Assembly (NCBI RefSeq): GCF_006345805.1
Contig: NC_043013.1
Location: forward strand, 35,154,001-35,218,000
Reading direction: 5' to 3'
From: Octopus sinensis
Taxonomy: Eukaryota
Length of the DNA: 64,000 bases
Of this stretch, positions 26,141 through 39,516 are shown in pieces; positions within the stretch are counted from its first letter, which is position 1; every line of letters starts with the position of its first letter. A model generated the notes under the pieces. It searched no databases and was not told where the DNA came from. It saw nothing but the letters and a program-made list of their open reading frames with translations. The translations under genes and the position numbers were made by a program.

Positions 26141-26734
26141 GCAGATAGATATATGTATAGCAATTAGTATTAGTAAAATTATGGACGGTTATATTAGAGT
26201 AGATACTATCACTAATGAGAGAATTGCTCAAGGTGATAGAGTGAAAGAAAACTATTATCAGTTGTACACATCTATGCTAACCCAGACCAGCAATAATAAA
26301 AACGAATCTAGTTATGAACACCCCGTTGTTTTAGAGATATCTAAGACTATATTGTGAAGGCATGCAGCCAAGAATATAGGGTGAATTCCGAATTTTACGA
26401 TTGTGAGTCCAATTCCTGGACCAAGTGGTGCTGTTTATTCTTGAGAAAAGCACTTCATTTCATCTTGCACCAGTCTGCTTTGTTTTAATTGAGTTTCAAC
26501 AAATAGCTGGAAAGTTAATCTTGCAACACACCAGCTTCAAGTTTAGTGAGAAGTCTTGTAATCCCAGTTGCTTATATGCCATGAAAACTGGGGCACCACC
26601 TTTATATTTTGTAAGCCTAGTACTTATTCTATGAGTCTCTTTTGCTCAACCGGTAAGTTATGGGGATGTAGACATGCCACCATTAGATGTCAAACGATAG
26701 TGGGGGACAAATACAAACACACAAATGCATACAT

Positions 26735-26781
<47 letters not shown>

Positions 26782-28821
26782 GATGAGCTTCTTTCAGTTT
26801 CCAACTACCAAATCCACTTACAAGGTTTTGGTCTGCCGAGGCTATAGTAAAAGACACTTGCCCAAGGTGCCATGCAGTGGGACTGAACCCGGAATCATGT
26901 AGCTGGTAAGCAAGCTACTTACCACACACCCACTCTTGTGCCCTGGTTACTATTTTATTCGGTTGGACCCTCATAGCCATTCAATATTTTTAAAGATCCT
27001 ATTATATTTTTATAATTAAATCTTATTAGGAATTGCATTAAAAAATTGTTAAAATATTTTGTGCATTGTAGAAGTATAACGAGTTAATTAGACTTAAATT
27101 TTAACAATAAAATCTTTTATGGACCCTCAAGGTCACATGGACACTGGTTGAGAACCATTAGCCTATGAGGATGATGATGATGATGGTGAATATGGTTTGT
27201 AACCAGAATGTAAACACTACAAGGTACACACACATACATGCACACACACTCTTGCACATACTCACACATGCACACATGCACACTTGCACAAACACACATT
27301 CACACATTCCCCTCATAAAATAAAATCCTTTTAGACCACTTCCAGGTTTAGGTAAGTAGGTTGTGATTTCAAAACAATTTAGCTGTTGTTTTTGTCTATG
27401 ATCAAATGGCTTCATGGTAGGGGTATTAAAAGCAATGGAGAACCCTCTTAAATTTTGAGGCCACAAAAGAGGTGGTGACACTGGCAGAATGATAGGACCT
27501 TGTGGTGAACCCTTTACTCCAAGTTTACTTTACCTTTCCGCCTTGCATCATTGATACAATAAGCACCACACACACATGGTCAGTGTCATCTTAAGGCTTG
27601 GGAACACTGGTCCCTTACCCAGGGGCACCACAGGACTAAGGCACCCAATGCAAATCTATGTATGCTGTGGTTGTGTTTATAATGGGGCCGTAGGACCTTG
27701 TTTTTCCTGGGGGGATGGGGAGGTGGCAATAGTGCTGCTGAAGTGTTCCCTCTCGTAGTACTTGTCCAAATATAATTAACTAACGCTTTTGAAAGCAGTG
27801 ACTCGGCACGGCTGCAGTTCAATAACTGTGACCAGTAAATGAAGATGATGATGATGTTGAAGATGATGATGATGATGATGACGACGACGACGACGATGAT
27901 GACAGCAATGACTGTGATGACGATGATGACGATGATGATGAAGATGATTCATAACCAGAATGCAAACACCACAGGGCACATACACATAACACACAAGCAC
28001 ACACACACACACACACACTTATACACATACACACACACACATTCCCCTCATAAATTATGAAAGTAAAAGACTAGCGTAAATTTCGTTTTAGAGCATATAT
28101 TCTTTACAACAATGCCAAAATTTTCATCATGTTTGGCTCAGGAAATCTAACCAAAAACATTTATTTCAATATCTAAAATTATGAGATGTGGTTATTAAGT
28201 TATTAACTTTATAATTTTCCATGCTATTAACCTCATCTCATATTTGCAATATTTATATTGACATAACATTTCAATTGGCTTACTCTCTGATCATCATCAG
28301 GTGTTTTATTCTTGCTTATGTAAATGGTCCCAGAGGTTAAACTGATTGAAACATGGCGTAAATATAAATATAGTAAATGTAGTCGGTCTAATGATAAAAT
28401 TAACAGTCAATAAAATTATCTTCAAACCTGTTTTGTGTACATGCTTTTGACAAGAATTTTTGTTTATCATATTTTTGTTATGTATTTAAAAAAACTCTCA
28501 GTAAACAAAGATTCGTGTCTAAGTGTGTGTCATCATCATCATCATCATCGTTTAGCATCCGCCTTCCATGCTGGCATGGGTTGGACGGTGCATTCTTTTA
28601 TTCTTTTACTTGTTTCAGTCATTTAACTGAGGCCATTCTGGAGTACCACTTTTTTTGTTGAACAAATTGACCCCAAGACTTATCCTTTGAAAGCCTAGTA
28701 CCTATTCTATTGGTCCCTTTCACCGAACCACTAAGTTACAGGGATCTAAACACGCCAACATCGGTTTTTAAGTGATAGTGGGGGGACAAACAAAGACACA
28801 AATATGTACATATGTATATCA

Positions 28822-28883
<62 letters not shown>

Positions 28884-30018
28884 ATATATATATATGATGG
28901 GCTTCTTTCAGTTTCCATCTACCAAATCTACTCACAAGGCTTTGTTCAGCCCTAGGCTATAGTAGAAGTCACTAACAGAAGTGGTTGGAAAGCAAGCTTC
29001 TTACCACACAACCACTTCTGTACCTATGTATGTATTGAAAGCTTCGAATGATTTGTCTGTGTTCCGTGTTCGTCCCTTCCTGTATTTCACGTTCATTATA
29101 TATAAAAACATTTATTCTTATATATATATATATATATATATATATACAAATACATATATACATATATACATACGTACATATATATATACTTATATATACA
29201 CACATATATATGTATGTAGTTGTATGTATGTGTGTATATATATATATATTCTTTCATTCTTTTCCTTGTTTCAGTCATTAAACTGTGGCCATGCTGGGGC
29301 ACAGCCTTGAAGAATTTTAGTTGAATAAATCGACCCCAGTACTTTTTATGTGTTAAGCTTAGTACTTATTCTATCGAACTCTTTAGTAGAACTGCTAAGT
29401 TATGGGGATATAAACACACCAACACTGGTTGTCAAGTTGGTGGGGGACAAATACAGACACCAAGACACACACACTTAGATACACACACGCACGCACACAC
29501 ATATACACATGACAGGCTTCTTTCAGTTTCCATATACCAAATCCACTCACAAGGGTTTGCTTGGCCTGAGGCTATTGTAGAAGACATTTGCCTAAGGTGC
29601 CACACAGTGAGACTGAACCTGGAATCATGAAGTTGGGCAGTGAGCATCTTACCACACAGCCATTTCTAACTGATTCATGCCATCTTGGTTGGCATTTGTC
29701 AGATGATGTCAGAGATCAAGGGAGGGATATAAATGAATGTCGCTTCATTAATTTTACATTGAGATAAGAACTTTGGGACCAATTGGCCAACAGTCGGAAT
29801 TCAACTCAGGACTGGAACAATAGAATGATTAATTGCTTTGCAGAATTAATTCTCATCCGTCCTCAACCTCTGATCAAACACCACCAGGGCATATAGTCAT
29901 TGTAGAAGGGATGTTCATTAAGGATTTCCCCCTGACCCAGTTCCTAAGGACTGGGGTAAGCGAAACTTCACATAATTATTTCTCCTTCTCTACATAAGCC
30001 ACCACCAATGGTGATACA

Positions 30019-30180
30019 CTTCTCCCATCACTTGATGCAGCTGTGAAGACTTCATCTCTAGAAGCTGGAAAGAAGTGGAAAGCTGCAAATTACAATGGGA
30101 CAAGTAGTGACATACATGATTATACCTGCACAAATTCCATTTCCTACAATAACAGGAAGTGGTTCAGGAGAACCCTTGTA
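30019..30180 (+). pseudogene. Possible piggyBac transposase C-terminal remnant
   Basis: LLPSLDAAVKTSSLEAGKKWKAANYNGTSSDIHDYTCTNSISYNNRKWFRRTL aligns by eye to the piggyBac LLST.H....GKKKP..YNxTKxGVDxxDxxCxxYS.SR.T.RW pattern; interrupted by the MITE. Confidence 0.4.
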
Positions 30181-30597
30181 GGATCTTTTCGGTTTGAACA
30201 GCAGTTTTTAACATAATTTCTAGATAACTAAAAAATTTCAAACTTCGTATAATGGTAGAATGTGTTTATAAAACATCTTTTTCTCTTGGCTTTATTGAGA
30301 AAATTCTATAGTTTGTAAGATATTTGTTGTTTTTTTTTTCTTCAATTTCTGCAATTTCAACCAATCAATGACGTCTATTGAGGTGAAAACATTCTGTGCC
30401 GTATGAATATGTCCCTCGTTTAAGAAACAGATTGGGTTTATTTACTATTGTGAAGAAAAAAAGATACCCTTCCCCCACCCCTAACCCTAACCCTAAAAGA
30501 GATTGAAATGCAATAGATCGATTCAAGGGTCATAATTATGGGTGACAATTTCATATGACGCCACAAGAAAAAACTGCGGTTCAAACCAAAAAGATCC
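30181..30597. mobile_element. MITE with 28-bp TIRs and 8-bp TSD (GG termini; Merlin-like or hAT-like)
   Basis: TIRs ggatcttttcggtttgaacagcagtttt (30181-30208) and 30570-30597, two mismatches; TSD CCCTTGTA at 30173-30180 and 30598-30605; internal (CCCTAA)3 at 30479-30496. Confidence 0.9.
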
Positions 30598-30786
30598 CCC
30601 TTGTATAGTCGTGCTGTTTTGTTCTCCTTAGTTTTGGTCCATGGGCCCAATGAGCTCTCCAGAGGAGCTAGTTTAAAAGTCCACATTGAGTGCAGCTTTT
30701 AAGCTTGTATTCTTTTATTCTTTTACTTGTTTCAGTCATTTGACTGCAGTCATGCTGGACATATATATATACACATACATACATAC

Positions 30787-30818
<32 letters not shown>

Positions 30819-32100
30819 CGGCAAGACTAGTCAGGCCATAACCCATGGCCCCTACCTGGGACGTAGTCAGTCCACCTGTGCATACCTTCCTTCTTGTGAC
30901 ACTTGTGAAGACCTGTTGAGGCAAGTGAAAATCAAAATCAAAATCAAAATCAAAACAAATCAAAATAGATGAACATCAATGGAATTTGTATCTTTGTGGT
31001 ACCAGTGCCTGTGGCACACAAGAAATCCATCCGAACGTGGCCGTAGTCAGTACCGCATCGACTGGCCATCGTGCTGTGGGCACATAACAAACACCATCCG
31101 ATCGTGGCCGTTCGCCAGCCTCATCTAGCACCTGTGTCGGTGGCACATAAAAACACCATCCGAAGACCGGCAAGACTAGTCAGGCCATATCCCATGGCCC
31201 CTACCTGGGACGTAGTCAGTCCACCTGTGCATACCTTCCTCCTTGTGATACTTGTGAAGGCCTGTTGAGGCAAGTGAAAATCAAAATGAAATCAAAACAA
31301 ATCAAATCAAATCAAAATCAAAACAAATCAAAATAGATGAACATTAATGGAATTGTATCTTTGTGGTACCAGTGCCGGTGGCACACAAGAAAACCATCCG
31401 AACGTGGCCGTAGCCAGTACCGCACCGACTGGCCTCCGTGCTGTGGGCACGTAACAAACACCATCCGATCGTGGCCGTTCGCCAGCCTCATCTGGCACCT
31501 GTGTCGGTGGCACATAAAAACACCATCCGAAGACCCGGCAAGACTAGTCAGGCCATAACCTGTGGCCCCTACCTGGGACGTAGTTAGTCCACCTGTGCAT
31601 ACCTTCCTTCTTGTGACACTTGTGAAGACCGAAGACCTGTTGAGGCAAGTGAAAATCAAAACAAATCAAAATAGATGAACATCAATGGAATTTGTATCTT
31701 TGTGGTACCAGTGCCGGTGGCACGTGGCACACAAGAAAACCATCCGAACATGGCCATAGCCAGTACCGCATCGACTGGCCTCCGTGCTGTGGGCACGTAA
31801 CAAACACCATCCGATCGTGGCCGTTTGCCAGCCTCATCTGGCACCTGTGTCGGTGGCACATAAAAACACCATCCGAGCGTGGCCGTCGCCCAGCCTCGTC
31901 TGGCACCTGTGTCGGTGGCACATAAAATCACCCACTACACTCTCGGAGTGGTTGGCGTTAGGAAGGGCATCCAGTTGTAGAAACACTGCCAGATCTGACT
32001 GGACTGGTGCAGCTTTCGGGCTCCCCAGACCCCAGTTGAACCGTCCAACCCATGCTAGCATGGAAAGCGGACGTTAAATGATGATGATGATGATGATGAT
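30819..32100 (+). mobile_element. Family E element with its upstream ~350-370-bp segment tandemly triplicated
   Basis: cggcaagactagtcaggccata at 30819, 31168 and 31536; internal ~45-bp subrepeats (gtggcacataaaaacaccatccga) and (AAAATC)n; only the third unit runs to the (GAT)n tail. Confidence 0.88.
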
Positions 32101-32205
32101 ATATATAGTTAATCCAAAAAAGAAAGCACAAAAAAACACAACAACACGAGGACATGGAACAAATATAGTATTATTGGACGCTCAGGAAAGAACGAAAGAA
32201 GGAGG

Positions 32206-32240
32206 GTATAACGTTTCGAGCGGAGCTCTTCGTCAGAAAC
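32206..32240 (-). ncRNA. Minimal type I hammerhead ribozyme-like motif in a pLTR-like element (32120-32290)
   Basis: gttt CTGACGA A GAGC TCC GCTC GAAAC GTT atac: intact CUGANGA and GAAA cores, 4-bp helix II, palindromic AACGTT helix III; helix I is imperfect. Confidence 0.6.
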
Positions 32241-32541
32241 ATAGGAGAAGGAAGAATCCAGAGAAGGGAAGACAGAGGAAAATAAATAGACATATGTATA
32301 TATATATATATATATATGTATGTATATTTATGTATGTATATATACATATATATGTATGTATATAGATGTATCTATTTATCTGTAAATGTGTGTGTGTGTA
32401 TGTGTAATATATTTCACAAGTCTTTATATATGAGAATAAGAATTATTGATAGTGTAGTTTGTAAAATCATTTATTGGAAATTTAACAAAAATTAAAATGG
32501 CTAAAATCACAATGTATAAAAACATAAAAACAAACACACCT

Positions 32542-32630
32542 CTAATCACTGGCATTGTACTCCATTGAAGTTTTTGCCTTTTCCAATTCTTCCTTTTCAT
32601 TTGCAAAGATTTCATTGAATTTCAAACAAT
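32542..32630 (-). CDS. Candidate terminal exon of an unidentified gene (xCLKFNEIFANEKEELEKAKTSMEYNASD*)
   Basis: Acceptor tatttttaatttcaag with an in-frame TAA just upstream; phase 1 start; TAG at 32542-32544; AATAAA at 32470-32475(-). Confidence 0.45.
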
Positions 32631-34616
32631 CTTGAAATTAAAAATACACGAATAATGGCATTGATTGTGGAAACAACCAGTCTGTTTCTTTCCTCAGATC
32701 ATTGAGTACCAATCAAAGGAAATATTCTTTCACAATCTGTGTTGCTTTAATTCAAAGCTGTACTTTTCTAAAAAGCTGATTTGTTGAAAGCAAAAATCTC
32801 AAGAAAAAAAACCAACAAAAAAACAACAAGGAAACACAAGCGAAAATAATAAACAGGAAAATATTTACGGAAATTTATTTTTGAAATAAAAGTATAAGCA
32901 AGAGAACTGGGACGAATGTTTGTCATGAATTATTCTTTTGGGACACCAAGAAATATGCAATCTTTGGATACTTCATTATAGGTGCAAATATAATTTGTTG
33001 GCCCACCTTATATCAAATATCATTTAAACAATTATCCTTTATTTGTTTCAGTCATTTGACTGCGGCCATGCTGGGGCACCACCTTGAAATGGTTTTACTC
33101 AAACAAATCGACTTTGGCACTTATTTATTTTAAAGTCTGGTACTTATTTTATTGGTCTCTCTTGCTGACCTGCTAAGTTACCGGGATGTAAGCACACCAG
33201 CACAAGTTGTCAAGCAGTGGTGGGGACAAACATAGACTCACACACACACACACACACACACATTGATATATATATATATATATTCATATATATCCATATC
33301 TGTATATATATTTTCATATATATCTATATCTGTATATGTATATATATATATATATTCTTTTATTCTTTTATTTGTTTTAGTCATTTGACAGCGGCTATGC
33401 TAGTGCACCACCTTTAGTGTTTGCCTTTAATCTCTTTTGCCGAATTGCTAAGTTACAGGAATGTAAGCACACCAATATTGCTTGTCAAGCAGTGGTGGGG
33501 GACAAACATAGACACACAAACATACACACACACGCACACACGATGGGCTTCTTTCAGTTTCCATCTACTAAATCCACTTACAACACCTTGGTCAGCTCAT
33601 GGCTATTGTAGAAGACACTTTCACAAGGTGCCACACAGTAGGACTGAACCCAGAACCATGTGGTTGGTAAGCAAGCTACTTACCACACAGCCATACCTGC
33701 ACCAATATATTTATATATATTGCAAGCTACTTATCAAACAGTGATGCCTGTGTCTATATTTACTAGATATTTTAGTAATGAGTTCATGGATGATTAATGG
33801 GCTGGATGGGTTCTGATGAAAGAGCAATAACTCCTGAAATGTGTATATACACCCACAACCTATTTTTCCATTTCCAATCACATTATTTACCTTAAATGTA
33901 TTCATATATGAAATGTCATAACAAATCAGTGCTTGCTATACTGTCTATAGCAAATCTGCAGAAATCACCTTAAAAAAGTGATTTAATAGCACTGCTAACA
34001 CAGTAGAACTCAGTATTGACTTATAATGCATTTAATATTTTTTGTAGCATATTATGGGATTGCATAATGAAATATGGTGTCCCTACGAGTAGCTAAAGGG
34101 TTAATGCTCAGCTTTCTTATAACCTTAATCTGACATCTTTTAATCAATATATCCATACTGGCATTTGAAAACTAGCAACCATTATATGGCACTTTGTCAA
34201 AAGTTCTGCCTACTGTGAATAATACTTCACTGTCCAGTAATAATGCATTTTTCTAAATACAACTTAATGTTTTTTTTTTTTTTTTTTTTGTCCTTTAAAT
34301 AAAAGAGATGAAAACATGTACTGAACATTTTATAAAACTTCCTAGGTGTGGCTGTGTGGTAAGAAGTTTGCTTCCTAATCTCATAATTCCAGGTTCAGTT
34401 CCACTGTGTGGGACCTTGGGCAAGTGTATTCTATTAGAGCCTCAGGTTATCCAAAGCCTTGTGAGTGGATTTGGCTGACAGAAACTGGAATCTGAAAGAA
34501 GCCCGTCATACATGTGTGTGTGTGTTGTGTGAGAGAGAGAGTGTGCGTGTGTGTGTGCATGTGTGCGTGTGTATGTGTGTGTGCATGTGTAAGCATAAAT
34601 ATGACTGTGTAGATAC

Positions 34617-35770
34617 AGAGTTTCCTTCATACCATGAGGCTTACCGTTGCAGTGGTTGGTCTTTTGCATATAACAATTGCAGGCCATTTTATAAAACTGT
34701 CAAACTAAGTAGTAATAACCATCGAACAGACCCATGTAATTTCGACCATAGAATTTTTAATTCTGGCCAAGGCTCCCATTTTTTAGTAGGCAATTTTGCT
34801 GCCAGAGCACATCCTTTGCAGCCTTTTACCAAGTTTTCAATTTCCTTGCCCATCTTTGGCCAATATACACAACTGTGCATTAGTGTTTTCATCCCTGAGA
34901 GCCCTGGATGTCCAATGAGAAATTCTTTCATTTTTTTTTGTAGTGTCTCTGGTATCACAACCCTTTAGGCATACATCAGTATGCTGTCACATGTTGAACA
35001 TGTTTAGTTCTTGGTCTTTTTCGTACCAAACCCTTTTTTGCTTTCTTTTCTTGACCACAATGTTTTTTTGTTTCATTTATGAACATAGCCATAGGAGTGG
35101 CTGTGTGGTAAGTAGCTTGCTTACCAACCACATGGTTCCAGGTTCAGTCCCATTACATGGCACCTTGGGCAAGTGTCTTCTACTATATCCTTGGGCCAAC
35201 CAAAGCTTTGTGAGTGGATTTGGCAGACGGAAACTGAAAGAAGCCTGTCGTATATATGTATTTGTGTGTATATGTTTGTGCCCCCAACATCGCTTGACAT
35301 CTGATGCTGGTGTGTTTACGCCCCTGTAACTTAGCAGTTCAGCAAAAGAAACCAATAGAATAAGTTCTAGGCTTACAAAGAATAAGTCCTGGGGTCGATT
35401 TGCCTGACTAAAGGCGGTGCTCCAGCATGGCCACAGTCAAATGACTGAAACAAGTAAAAGAGTTAAAGTGAGTAAAGAGTTATATTTTGATGCATTCTGC
35501 TTTATATCCTCCAAGGTTATTGATAACTCTCATACAATGTTCCACATTATGTTCTTAATTACATCTTCAACTCATAAAAGTGGAACTTCTTGATACTAAA
35601 TATAATTGCCAATGCCTCTTTTTCAATCTAGCAATAATTTTTTTTTTTCCACTGACAACAATGTCCTTGACATGTGAGCTGTGGCCTTTCTACTGTCACC
35701 GTCACATTTGTGTAAGAGTACGGCTCATACCCCATACTCATTAGCATTTGTGACCAGTATGATTTCCAAC
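34617..35770 (-). pseudogene. Ty3/gypsy pol remnant (RNase H plus integrase zinc-binding region), split by a SINE B at 35087-35478
   Basis: LEIILVTNANEYGV*AVLLHK...IEKEALAIIFSIKKFH (RNase H) and VIPETLQKK..GHPG..MKTLM..VYWPKM..EIENLVKGCKGC (H2C2 integrase); no LTRs found. Confidence 0.85.
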
Positions 35771-36537
35771 TTTGCTACTGTTATTGTGTGGTATTTTCCA
35801 CATCTGTTATATTTGGTCACTGTTGTGACTGTAGCTGTTGTATCTATTCCAGTAGCCATAATATTTCTTGGTATCAGATAACACTGTATCTCTTCCATAC
35901 CGGAATGGTAATACACCAATTTTGTCTACCATGCTATTACTGATAGCTTTGCAAGACCTCGAATTTGAACTACCTACCTTGTCTGTAGCTTGAACTTGAC
36001 TATAATACGTAACTGACACTTAACCCCAACTGAGAACTCATACAACAACTCTACAATAACTGACACACAACTCTCTGTACTGGTTGACATCGTCTCACTT
36101 TGTAATAGCTGGTTCATACCACTTCTTCCTTGGGAGGGGTGTACTATTCCCACTACTACAGCGTCCATACTCTTCTTTATGCCATGTAGTGATGTTAGGA
36201 AAAAGCGTGGATGCTCATCCAAACACCAACCAATTTACAGAGTGTACTGACTGTTTTTCGTGGCACCAGTACTAGTGGTGTAACCAGGTACTCAGAAGAC
36301 AAGACACACTCCCTACTGAGAGGAGTATATAGTGAGGGATGTGAAAGTATGATAGAGGGACAGGAAAAGGTCTGCTGAATAAGTTTATACACAACCTACC
36401 CAAGTGGAGAGAGAGAGAAAGAGATAGAGAGAGAGAGAATGAGAGAGAGAGATGGTGTGAGAATTCCTTGAAGGTAAATGTGTACATATGTACATGAATA
36501 TATATACACATATATATATTAAGCATATATCAACACA

Positions 36538-36578
<41 letters not shown>

Positions 36579-36777
36579 GTATCAGTTTTACTAAAGGCAC
36601 AGGGTCTGAAATTTTAGGGGAGGGGACTAGCTAAATGCACCAATCCCAATGTTTCACTGGTACTTAATTTATCAACCTCAAAAAGATGAAAGGCATATTT
36701 GACCTCGTAAAGATAGGCATAATGTCACTAAGCATTTTGTCCAGCATGCTAATAATTCTGCTGGCTCACCACCCTTA

Positions 36778-36808
<31 letters not shown>

Positions 36809-36968
36809 ACATACATACATACATACATACATACATACATACATACATACATACATACATGCATACATGCATACATGCATGCATACATACATACAAACAT
36901 ACATACATACATACATACATACATACATGCATACATACATCCATATATACACATATACACACACACAC

Positions 36969-37045
<77 letters not shown>

Positions 37046-37368
37046 TTATTTCATTGCCAATAGTACAACACCCCCAGAAAACACCTGAAAACTTGTATTC
37101 ATAAATAGATTCCAAAGATAATATCCTCTAAGTGACATCCATCCATGTGCAATGCTGCTTCAGTGCCACACCTATACTATAAGCATTGCTACTCTAATAC
37201 CAATAACTAACACTTGCACACAAGTTTATATTATTAAGCGCTAAGACTATTCAACACCACTGTGAAGAACTCTGATATAGCTGCTCTACTTTAACACTAA
37301 TGGAAGCAAAACTTCCCTTGAATTCATGTAACTGTTATAATGGAATAGCTGACAAAGGACACCCTTAC

Positions 37369-37490
37369 ACAAATTGTCTGATCTCTTCCAGCCTGTGGCA
37401 TTTGTGATGTTTGGAGGGGTTGGCCTGTTAATGGTGAAGGTCGTGTCATCAACCCTTTCGTTACCAACCCGGCTGAAACCGGCTCTGGCT
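37369..37490 (-). CDS. Candidate internal exon (ARAGFSRVGNERVDDTTFTINRPTPPNITNATGWKRSDNL)
   Basis: Acceptor tactacag, donor GTAAGG; phase 2 to 1, compatible with both neighbouring exons. Confidence 0.42.
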
Positions 37491-37771
37491 CTGTAGTACA
37501 AATGTCTTGTTTTCATAAGTTTTGAATTAAAATCTTCCACCAAATCTTAGTCACAATTTATGTTCCTAACATTAGCTGAATGATAACTAAGTTATTTTAC
37601 TAAATTCTTTGTTATATTTAAAGTAATTGAAAGAAACACAGAGCATCTCAAAATAAATACAGTAACAAAAGGGTTAACAAGGTGTCTAGTGATGCCCTTA
37701 AAGGTGCTTGGTTTTTCCAAAACCTTAGCCTCACCATCACTCATGGTAATGCCATGAGTGCTTTGGCTTAC

Positions 37772-37809
37772 TTCAGGATATTCTGTGGAACCATATGGCA
37801 TGTGACCAA
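37772..37809 (-). CDS. Candidate exon (LVTCHMVPQNILK)
   Basis: Donor GTAAGC; acceptor ccaattgcctcag, with an alternative in-frame acceptor 15 nt upstream; phase 0 to 2. Confidence 0.3.
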
Positions 37810-37929
37810 CTGAGGCAATTGGTTCTGCATTGATGTTTTTTTTCTTCCTCCATTTCATTTTTTGGTTTTTCTTTGTAAAATATATTCCTTTTCCCTGAAT
37901 TATTGCAAATTGTGACAATTATTTTGTAC

Positions 37930-37959
37930 CTCCCAACATCGTAGTAATACTGTCAGATG
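37930..37959 (-). CDS. Candidate exon (HLTVLLRCWE)
   Basis: Strong acceptor ctgtttttctatctgcag, donor AG|GTACAA; 86-nt intron to the upstream exon. Confidence 0.35.
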
Positions 37960-38045
37960 CTGCAGATAGAAAAACAGTGGAGTAATTTATATTCTGTTTA
38001 AACTACTCCAATGTTAAACTAAGATTTACAAATGCATGTACTCAC

Positions 38046-38092
38046 ATGTACTTCATCATCAGATGTTTCTTTCTCATTAAAGACAGCTATTT
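38046..38092 (-). CDS. Candidate exon (EIAVFNEKETSDDEVH)
   Basis: Acceptor tttatttcttttgtaaag, donor GTGAGT; only one frame is open; phase 1 to 0. Confidence 0.45.
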
Positions 38093-38723
38093 CTTTACAA
38101 AAGAAATAAAGTACATGTAGGATGAGATTATGCGAGTGAGTGACAATCATGCTCTTCTCAAAGGCATGTCAGTAGTGTTTAAATGACTTGAAATGAATCT
38201 TATGGAGAAATGGAATTGGATTGCAGATTTCTTACTCTGGAATCTTCTTTCTGCTTTAACCCACCATGCATTTTCCTATCATTATACTTATCAAGGTATC
38301 GGCTTTCCATCTACTTTTACAAACCACACACACACACAAACAAACTCAAACATGCACACACACATTTACAAAGAAGCTTACAAATCTTTCATTTCTTAAA
38401 TTTATTCTATCAGTTCTATCTCTGAGACGAAATTATTATTCTAGAGAATTCCTGACTGGAGCTACTATTACTTGGACAAATGACACTTTGGTTATTAAGT
38501 CTGTAACATGATTTCCATGGCAGTTCATCTAAATCTTACTAACACCTTGAGCCGACAACTCAGATGTAACTTACATGTTCTCCTCTTCTAGATTTCAAAA
38601 CATGGCACTAACTAGATTACACAGAATTTATTCTGATCGGAAATTACAAAACAATGGCTACTATCCCTTTATATATCTATCTACCTATCTTTGGTTATAT
38701 ATATATATATATGTATGTGTGTA

Positions 38724-38772
<49 letters not shown>

Positions 38773-38921
38773 ATGCATGTATGCTCACATATATACATTC
38801 ATGTATATGTGTGTGCCTACAAACATAGACACACTAGATAGAGGTGGATTTATCTATATCTATTAATCAATCAATGTCGTTAATACATGCATATGTGTGT
38901 GAGTGCGTGTGTATATACGTG

Positions 38922-38987
<66 letters not shown>

Positions 38988-39008
38988 TTATCATTTATGT
39001 GTGTATAT

Positions 39009-39055
<47 letters not shown>

Positions 39056-39076
39056 GACACACACACACACACATAC

Positions 39077-39108
<32 letters not shown>

Positions 39109-39463
39109 TGAGAATTACAAGAACAGATTTATACATAGTTGTATGTCTGTGTGTGTGAGTAGTTTGTGCTTTCTCCCCCCACCCACCTCTGTTTTATTAT
39201 TTTTTTTTTCCTTTCACTAATTCAACCAATATACAGTAGAGTCTAATTAACTTAAAGTTCTTCCATCACTATTTGGAATTAAGCTGAACCGAAGCAGGCT
39301 TCCTACTATCAGACATGTCATTGGCTTGATGTACTTTAAACAGAGAGCAAAACAAGCCTCCTCAAAAATTGCCTTGGTGTTGATGTTTATTTGTGTTTTT
39401 GTTTTTGTTTTTTTCTTTTACAATGGTAGAGAAAATTATTTGGCAGTACTTGTTAATTTTCAC

Positions 39464-39516
39464 CTTGGAAATCTCTTGTAGTCTTCTTCACTGTTTTCTC
39501 ATAAACTTCATCAGAA
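39464..39516 (-). CDS. Candidate exon (SDEVYEKTVKKTTRDFQ)
   Basis: Acceptor ttatctttggcttcttcag, donor AAG|GTGAAA; only one frame is open; phase 2 to 1. Confidence 0.45.

Noticed and set aside
30479-30496. Telomere or chromosome-fusion site
   Set aside because: Only three hexamers, lying inside a MITE.
31020-31930. CRISPR-like ~45-bp repeats
   Set aside because: Intervening sequences are themselves repeated; they are internal subrepeats of family E.
32424-32615. ORF with a transmembrane-like segment (GVFVFMFLYIVILAILIF)
   Set aside because: The hydrophobic stretch comes from T-rich 3' UTR-like sequence; the overlapping frame with an acceptor, stop and AATAAA is better supported.
37592-37918. 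108-aa ORF read as a membrane or FN3 protein
   Set aside because: No recognisable domain; it spans predicted introns.
38236-38607. Extra exons 38575-38607 (CHVLKSRRGEH) and 38236-38275 (ENAWWVKAERRFQ)
   Set aside because: Good donors but weak acceptors, and not phase-compatible with the stronger 39464-39516 exon; left out of the model.
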